Shown here piece after piece: positions 55,498 through 64,000 of a stretch of DNA of 64,000 nucleotides (the stretch's first letter is position 1; each line of letters starts with the position of its first letter). Origin of the DNA: the human T2T-CHM13v2.0 reference genome, Homo sapiens; the NCBI RefSeq assembly GCF_009914755.1, contig NC_060925.1. One strand, written 5' to 3'. Position numbers and translations under genes: made by a program. A model generated the notes under the pieces. It was not told the DNA's origin. It saw nothing but the letters and a program-made list of their open reading frames with translations, and ran no database searches.

Positions 55498-57950
55498 TTC
55501 ATTCATTAATTCAATAAATACTCACAGAACTAGCACAGCCAGCATGCCATGAGCTCCTGAGTGTGCAGTGGTGAACAAGAATGGAGAGCCTTGGCCCTCA
55601 TGGAGCTCGTCATCTAAAGAGAGAAACAGGTGTTAGCAATTTTATAAACAAAAAGCTGCTCTTCTGATACTGCACCTAACTCACAATGCTTCAGATAAAA
55701 GGTGGCAGTGGAGAGTGCTCTGAGAGCACCTGATAGTGAGATGTGAGCTCATCAAGAATGCTCAGGGGACGTTTCTTCTTGGAAGGTCCAGTTAAGCTGA
55801 GACCCGAAAGGTAAATCAGAGTTACTTGGGTGAGGAGGGATGAGCAGAGGCAGAAGACAGCTTGTGCCAAGGCCCTGCGGTAGAAGGGTGCACAGGCACA
55901 GGACGGGGAGGAGACAGAAAGGACAGAATTTGCACAAACACATAACACAGCAGGAAGGGAAAGCCTAGTGGAAAATGAGGCTGCAGAAGTAGCTGAAGAG
56001 GTAGGGAAGAAATTCAAGTGTTTTAAGCCAGGGGTGATACAATCAGAATTGTGCCTAGAAAATATTAGCTCAGCTCAGTTGTGAAGAATAGACTGAGGGG
56101 CAGGAGAACCAGAGTAGGTGAGGTGACAAGGAAGGAGGCAAAATTTGATGAGTTTGGGGATTTTAGATGCCTGATGTCTTGAATGACCTAAGTGGACAGT
56201 TGTACAGTGGTAACTACAGCATGTGAGAGAGATGTGAGAGAGACATGGCATTGCATGGGATGAAGATTTTGCCAATAGTTTAAGCTGAGAAAGAGTACTG
56301 TGGAAAAACTTGCTAAAAGGTAGACAAATGAAAAGAACCCAGAAAAGAAAAGACCATGGAGGTAAGGGGGAATTCAGGGAATGATGATGTCCTGAAGCCA
56401 GAGAAAGAGTGAATTATAAGATGGGAGTGGCTAACAATATCAAATACCACAGATTAAGTGAGTAAAAACTGAGAAGGACCCATTAGGTTTATCAACTATG
56501 AGTTACTGATTACCTTGGAAATATCAACTTCAATGAAGAACTGTTAAGAATTAAAGGCATATTTAAATTGGTTAAGAGCAAATGATTGGGTACACACTAC
56601 ATATTTTAAGTAGTTAGAACATAAAAGGACAGAGGGCACTATAACTAGAAGAGGAAATAGGCTATGCACCAGAATTTTTGTCAATGATTTTATTTGTTTT
56701 GTTTTGAGAAGGCGTGTGTGCAGTGGTGTTCTGATAAACCAGGCCTCCAGAGGAGAAATAAAAGCTCTAATTTGTAGCTATTACAGATGACCATGGCGTA
56801 AATACCGTCACCATGGCTGGAGTAAAACTATCATGGAAGAATGCAGAAGGCATTCAGAATACCTTATTGAATGCAGATTTGAGAAGATACCTACAATTAG
56901 CTATCAGCTCCAGTGCACCACCACATAGAAACCAATGGGATGGGAGAGGTTGAAGGTTTGTGTGAGAAGTGGGATTGCTAATAAAACAGATAAAGAGGGA
57001 GGAAGGTAGGATCCAGAGTAAAAGTGGGAAGATTAGTTTTGGATAAGAGAAAAGATATCTCTTCTAATGAGTTGGGTGGCAAAGAGTTAGGCTGGAATCA
57101 GTTCATAGGGAGGAAAGGACATTGAGTTAATTCTCACTTCACAGGCTATTTTACCTGTAAATTAGGACAGGAGGGCTTTGCTGAGAGTGAGGAAGTGGCA
57201 GTTTGTACATACTGTTGGATTGGAAGAAACAGTTAAAGCTTGAAAGAAAAGGAGATGTGGAAGGAAATTTGGACAGTGTTGAAGTCCTAGTGATGTTGAA
57301 GACCAGGGCTTTGTACCAGTACCATTCTGCAGAGTCACATGAAGTTAACCAGAATGTAGCAACCCAGGTGTATGAAAACAGACATAAAATAATTGCATTG
57401 ATCTTGGGTTGAAATTCTGGAGGAAAATGTGGAGGGACGACAAGAATTCAAACGAGAAGTGGGTACTAACAGGAGGATGTTTGAAGTGATAGGCTATGAT
57501 GTCTAGGTTAAAGAGAGAAGAAAGTAGAGCCAAAGGGAGCTTTTAGAAGTAAAGAAAGTGATACTTTTAGGGGATTTGAGATATGAATGAGGTTGTAGAA
57601 CTGATGGAGTGGAAATACAAAGTCGGTAGAGTTGAAAAGTTGGTTGGCGCTGTTTAGAGAATAACTTCACAGAGTGAACAAGTATAGAGGTGGCCAAGTT
57701 TGGGGTCTCCATGATTGTGACTGGCTGAAGCAGAGTGGAGGTTCAAAAAGACTATTGTAGTGAATAATAGGGAGCTATAAAGCAGGTGCTGGTTGATAAT
57801 CGAAAAGGGCATTGACGTCATCCAGGATCTTGGGTTGGATATTAAGACTTTAAGCCATGTACCAAAGCCTTTGTTAAATGTAGAAGGCTTCACTGGGACT
57901 CCAGCCATTCACAGGGAGAAATGATGTTTACAGCTAAACAGTGTGACTCT
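55498..57950 (-). mobile_element. Long degraded L2 LINE
   Basis: L2 tail cattcattaattcaataaatactc, then purine-rich L2-like body (ggtgaacaaga...ccctcatggagctc...gctgagacccgaaag). Confidence 0.65.
56721..56921. mobile_element. MER63-like (hAT-Blackjack) element nested in L2
   Basis: cagtggtgttctg...atttgtagc...taaataccgtcaccatggct...gctccagtgcaccac. Confidence 0.7.
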
Positions 57951-58808
57951 CAAAAGAGCCTTTTTTTGCAAGAGAGTGAATAAATAATATTTTTAATTTG
58001 GTAATAAGGAAAGCTAACCAGTGGGTCCTAAAATAGAATTAAAAAAAGAAGAGGAAGAGGAGAAGGGAGAAGAAGGGAAAGGAAAGAAGAACCTAAACTT
58101 TAAAAAACCTTGCTAGAAGAAGGGAGGGGCCCAAACGTAGCTCAAGGGGAGCGGGGATGTAGCTCTCTGACAAAATGAGAATGTACAGGAGGGTTCATTT
58201 GGTTTATTTGTATGTGTATTTGGTTGTTTGGCTTTGTTTAGATTTGTTATTAATAGTTTGTTTTGATTTTAACCATCCATATGGCATATTTGAAGAATAC
58301 TTGTTCCAGATAATAGTTATGAGATGACATATTAAGGGACAATAATTGAAATGTCCTCAATGCCAGAAAAACAAATGTTCTCAATCACTTCCAGTTTTTT
58401 TTTTTGCATGAATAAAGTTACCATGAGTACATTTTCCAAAAAAGAAAAAGTTCAAATGTAAGATCTGAGTTGAATTGTGAGCTTCTCTAACGGTGTTCTT
58501 GGATTCATTTTTCAACTGCAAAAGATTGAGATCCTGAATAAGGCTTATGGGTGTATTAAAACTGTGCCCTTGCAGAGGAAGTAGCCTTGAATAGTTATTG
58601 GCTTTGAAAGCAACCAGTTTTGTTGACTTAATTATGCTGGTACCAGGAAAGCATAGAATAGATCCTGTTGATAACAAGAGCCATGCTGGACATTAACAGT
58701 TTCACAGAGAGTAGTGGGGACCATTTCTTTGGAATAAAGTTGAAACATGTTTCTTAATAGACAACTCTCTCAGCATTATAAAATCCTGATACAGAACTCA
58801 AGGAAAGA

Positions 58809-58834
58809 CACACACGCACACACACACACACACA
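58809..58834. repeat. (CA)n microsatellite
   Basis: Direct reading. Confidence 0.9.
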
Positions 58835-60144
58835 TGATTTTTATCGTTGTTATCTTAGTAAATAATGACTAATGTGGTTTTTGGTTGTTATCAGTTGGTT
58901 ACGGATTGGAGTTAACATTTCATCAGATCTGAGCAATAACCTATGTGGTAAAGTCCTAGTGTGGCAGGAATTTGGGATTCAAGGGGGGTGCTTATATAAT
59001 CTGCTTTCTTAAGGTAAGGTTTGCTCTTTTATGCTACCTGTCATTTCTGCCTTAAACAATGTCCGGGAAATTCAGCCACACACAACAAAGAACCAGATCC
59101 CTCATTTCGGTTCTATCCTTCCTCCTCTAGAACTGACATTCCTTGGGGCCGTGTCCTCAAGTGACGTGTCCTGCTCTAGCTAAATGGCAGTAATCTGTGT
59201 TTGACTCCAGCAGTTTATCAAGCTATGTCATTTTATGCCATGTCAGTTTATAGAGAGTGGCACAAGATACAACAGGATAGGGAAGCTGAGTTTTCTATTT
59301 GTCTACTTCATTGAAAACATGATTTTGTTTACTGACAAGTAAATGGTATAGGTGTAAGGAAAGAGTAGCAACTACCATATTATTTTGCCAGAATCCTCAT
59401 GTTACCGTTTCAAAAAATGCCAAGAAAGATGACAGTGCATGTTATAACATCCCTTACAAATAATAGCAAAGCTTTAATCAGCTGCTACACAGACACACTC
59501 AGGATTGAAATGCAACCTACTAGGGTGAAACATGACAAGCGGTTCATTGAACACTGCGCAGAAGGTAAATGAAGTGTATATTTTCCAATCACAACTGGAA
59601 TTTTAAGTGAGTGAAATGGAATAAACTCAGTTTGGAATTTGAAATAAATTCACCATGGAATGTGTCTTAGAGACCAAGGTTTACACTAGCGCTATACAAA
59701 CTCCTCAGCGTGAAACATGACACAAGGTGAAATTTTCCTGGCATCTTAGAGTCAGATACTGACTTCTGAAGGACCAGGGCACAGACATTTCATCAAGAGC
59801 TATTTGTTTCTAATTGGGGAAGAAAATACAGATGTTTATATAATACTCTGGGTCAGGAGTAATATTCCACCTGGTACATGGAGTTTTGTACACTTTTTCA
59901 GAGGTGGTATTTCTAGCTGAGTGTTAGCAGTAAAACATTTTCATCAAATTTCCATTCTTTTTTTTTTGAAGCCTACTTGCATAGTTCTAAGGAGTGTCAT
60001 AGCTCACACATAGTGACACTGATTAGTAAAAATAAGAAGTGATTGAAGAAAACACAAGGAAAGAATCAACTTGAAGTCATTCAGAAGTAACCACTAGTAG
60101 CAATTTAACTACCCTGTTGCCAAAGCTCTTTTCTTAAATTACAG

Positions 60145-60248
60145 ATCCTCATGAGCTAGTAAGTTTGAAGGGGAGTCATAAAGAGGAACAGGCATTATAC
60201 GCAAGGCTGAAGAAGCAGTTGGTAACTAACAGTACATCTTTTTCTAAG
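60145..60248 (+). other. Candidate non-coding exon (internal 104 nt, or 3' part of an alternative first exon)
   Basis: Perfect donor AAG|gtaagt at 60248/60249; acceptor ctcttttcttaaattacag| at 60144, alternative at 59971; lies in a repeat-free block. Confidence 0.45.
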
Positions 60249-63200
60249 GTAAGTTTAAGGTCACAAAAAGACTTAATGTACAGAGTTGAAAAACTTACAT
60301 ATTTCTTAGAAGCTTAGAAGTTATGAGTTTAGTTGGGGCTCCAGGAAGATGCAAGATGCTAGACTCCAAAAAATAAGAGAGAGGTCCAGTGTAGAATAAC
60401 ACTCTATAGATTAAAGGAGGACTCAAGAGTAGAGGAAAAACTTAGCAAAATACAGGGCTATGAGTTAGGTGTTCCTAGTTAGAGTCTGAGTGTCCGGAAA
60501 TGATGAAATGGGTGAGCTCCAAGAATGCAGGATATGTGAAATTGGTAATCAGATCTACTGGTTTGCTTGTTCTGAGTGTATCGTTAGGGTTTTTGGGGAC
60601 TGGTGTTAGTGGTGTTGGCAGAATTAGTCCCCTGCTCTTGGTTATACCTGTCCACTTTAAACAGTAGCTTGTAGTTATTTAGCCCTTAATTGCATTCAGG
60701 TAAAACCAATATAGCACCCTATAATTCAGCAAATATTTGTTTTCCTGGCAGTATTACAGTTTCAGGGGGCAGTTCTAAGGTGATTACAGTTTCCACTGCT
60801 TGGAGCTTTCTGTATATTTATCCTTGGATTAGACTCAAAGTAAGCTGATTTTATCAAGCCACCGGGTAATTCTGACCATTTCATCTGGCGATTTTAGTAC
60901 GGTATTGTTGCAGCTGACCTGTATACGTAAGGAATTACTGGGTCATCAGCTCTGGGGAATGTCTTTTGATTATGAACACATTTTCAGCATGTGTCCACTG
61001 AAGGTAAGGGGCAAAGAATTGCACGATCTACTTGAATGCCTGTTTAAATAGATAAAAGTGGGATTTTGGGCACGGCCTGGTTATATCTTCTTAAACGTAG
61101 GTAGTAGAGCCGCAACTCAGCGTAGCAACAAGAGATCTTTTGAACAACTGAACATTCAGATGAAGCAACTATGTCCTTCAAACCACATCCTTCCTGCTGC
61201 CTGTGGGAAAGGGGTGATATTTGTGTTGAGCTCTGAGCACATGCAGAATAGATCTGTGTGTATTTCCACAAATAAAAGGACATTGTGTGTGTGTTTGGCA
61301 CCTGGGATGGCAAAAGCAGTTAATTGCTTCCGAAAGCTTTGTTCCAACCCAGGGATCGGCAGGATTTTTAAGCACTGAACTAGGAACTGGGCACTAAAAA
61401 TACTTATGCAGAAGACCTATGATAGCAGTAAGTTTACAGAGCAGAGCTAAGACTTGCAAACCGTGTTGTATCTGTGTCTTTACTTACTATGGTTGAGAGG
61501 AAAGGATTTACACGCTGCGTTTGCAACCTGCAAAGTAATGAGCCGTGTTGTAGTAACATTTTGAGATATTGTATGTTGTGTTGTTTATATGAGGATCATT
61601 CAGAATATATAGAATATAAGTATATGTTTTTCTAAAACAAAAAACTTTGCCCTAGTTTCTTTGCATATATTGTTCACATCATGTTCATATAGTCACTGGC
61701 AGTTAATGATTTTTGTCATTTAGTCAGAAACAAAGTAGTGCTCTGCCTCTGAAACCCCAAAAAAACCTAAATTAAAGTAAAATTAAAAGATGTATTAAAA
61801 TTAAACTTGGATTATCAAAATGAAACAGTAATGCTCTCGTGCCACTCAACGCCAGACTTTTCATGTTGCAGATAGCAAGTGAACAGAAAGCTAAGCATGA
61901 ACATATTTTAAATGCTCCTGATATTTTCAAATGCTTAATCCTAAGCCTTAAAGGGTTTTATCTATAGAGATTTGGGGAATTTCAGTGTTTCTTTTTCTTA
62001 TTTTAGATTTCCTGTTAAGTTATTCTCCAGAGTTTTTATATAAAATGCACGAATAAGCATGATTTAACGAGAAGACAAAGTCTTAAGTGCTGTAATTCAT
62101 GTTGGAAATCATGAGTATTTTTAAGTCTTCTTACTTATAATCAAAGTGGTCATCTCCTGAATATAATGAAAATAAGAGCAAGTGATAGCCCCTTATCTTT
62201 ATTTAAATATGCTTTATCTGCAGGAGTTTGAACAACTCAGGCAAGGAAATATTTTGTTGAGAGGCAAGATGCATTTTTAAATTTATTTTTGCTTAATATG
62301 TGCTCAACTTAAATTGATTTGAGAACATATATTTAAGCAAGGTCTTCATAAATTATTATAAAATGAGAATTGTATATTGTGACATGTTTAATAATCATGA
62401 TTTTATTCCAGTGATCCAATAAAAGGAGTGCTCAATTGAAGGAATGGAAATGTGTCAAAAAGCCCAAACTCTGCACAGTATAATGATTCCTAATTCTCAA
62501 AAAATCCAATGGGTTTTAGTTTCTAAAAGTGATACGATAAAAGAGTACAGAGTCTCTCTCTAATTCTGTGAGTGAAATTCTCTTTAGAGGGAATGCTGAA
62601 TAAAAAAGATAAGATCAGGGAAAGAGGTGAAAGAAATGTTCTTCTCCAGTTCACCTTACATTAGGAGTCAACTTTTACCCAAGCTCAGGCAAAGTTACTT
62701 ATATGAGAATCCCGGTACTTCAGGATGGAGAGAATGAGAAACAAGAAAATGATAGGCATGGTATTAAATCTTAGGTATGGCAATTCTATTGAGCAACATT
62801 AATGTTTTGGAAGGTTCTAAATCATAATAAGAAGTATGTATCTCATGCATGATACAAATGCATTTCATTAACAGGGAGAACAAGGTTTAGAGCTGAAAGT
62901 AAATCAAAGTAAGAGTTTGTATTTTAATGAAGTACAGAAGAGCTGCCCTCCTAAAGGATTGAAAAGGACTCAAAAATGTCCTTTACATATTGTCAGTACA
63001 AATGAAGAACATGTATTGAATTAATTCCTACACAGAAAATTCATCATGGAATAGCCAATAGGTATTATCTTTCTACAGTATGAGAAGTACAAAAGAAGTC
63101 TTTACTATATAATCTGATTCAGATTATATGCACTCGTGTGTATCATAGGCACTCATGAAACAATTGGAGAAAAATACAAACAAAACAAAGCAATGTAATG

Positions 63201-63824
63201 GTGTGGCATGAAAAAATAAATATTGCAGCAGGTGAGCGAGGGAAATCAGAGCTGATGTGGGAGATTTGCAGGACAGTGACTTTTTTTTAAGATGCACTTT
63301 TAAAAGGGGTGAAATGTGTCCCTTCAACACAAGGCATTCCAAACCATGAAATCCTAGAAGAAAATGAAAAATCATTAATTTGCCAATTCACATTCAGCTT
63401 TTGGTTCATGGGACAGGCATTTAGATACAACACAACCTATTTGATCTTCTCCTCCATAAATCATTCAGTTCCTTTAATGTTCCAGCCAAAGTCTGTGAAG
63501 CAATGTAACTGCTTGATTTTGTCAGGCGATTTATAAAAATGTAGTCACCTGGAAAATGCTAAAGGGATTGACTGAAACCAATTTTCACTCTTGTGAAATG
63601 CATCTTTGTTTCAGTCAGGTTGACTCAATAGCTAACAAAACAGAAAGAACCTGACAGACATGTTTCCCAGTGCCCATTGGCCTTATGTGCCTACCCACTC
63701 ACATATACCTAGTTAGTTGCATGAACAGATATTATTGCTGTCTCCTCCCCACAAATATTATTTTTGCTACCTTAAAAAGACTTTCCTCTTGCAATTTAAC
63801 AGTAAAAGGACACAAATAACAAAA

Positions 63825-63930
63825 TCTTAAGACTTAAGTTCTAGTCTTAATATCATTGCCTATAGGAGTTGTGACTTTGGTTTTTAGTTCACATCTCTTA
63901 GTCTTGGTTTTTCTTCATTGCATTATTACT
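63825..63930 (+). mobile_element. MIR fragment
   Basis: agacttaagttctagtc...gttgtgactttgg...cacatctcttagtcttggtttttcttcatt. Confidence 0.5.
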
Positions 63931-64000
63931 CATTAAGCACTCTGAGCAATACAAATGCATTTTCTGCAGTGCAAATGTATTGGAATTGACAATCTTCATT

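Overview
Primate (most likely human) AT-rich, non-coding genomic DNA with the look of a large intron or 5'-UTR region. It is densely populated by interspersed repeats: AluJ/S/Y, L1PA/L1M 3' ends, L2, L3/CR1, MIR, THE1/MST/MLT1 solo LTRs, and MER3/MER5/MER20/MER63/MER94/Tigger DNA transposons, plus microsatellites. I find no convincing protein-coding sequence; the supplied ORFs are Alu-, L1-, LTR- or low-complexity-derived, or short chance ORFs. Candidate non-coding exons lie at 19531-19633 (+), about 60145-60248 (+), ending at 43831 (+), and about 48640-49109 (-, terminal); I cannot name the host gene. The most notable observations are an old ~300-bp inverted duplication (36.76-37.07 kb vs 38.21-38.83 kb) interrupted by a THE1 LTR, two tailless 5'-half retrocopies of structural RNAs (5S rRNA with a perfect 15-bp TSD; tRNA-Gly-GCC), a minisatellite carrying tandem p53-family-like decamers and RBFOX motifs, a 340-bp homopyrimidine/(CTT)19 tract, and a post-insertion tandem duplication of an Alu tail plus flank. 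I see no evidence strong enough to claim a new biological system. Repeat subfamily calls are from memory of consensus sequences and boundaries are approximate unless TSDs are given.
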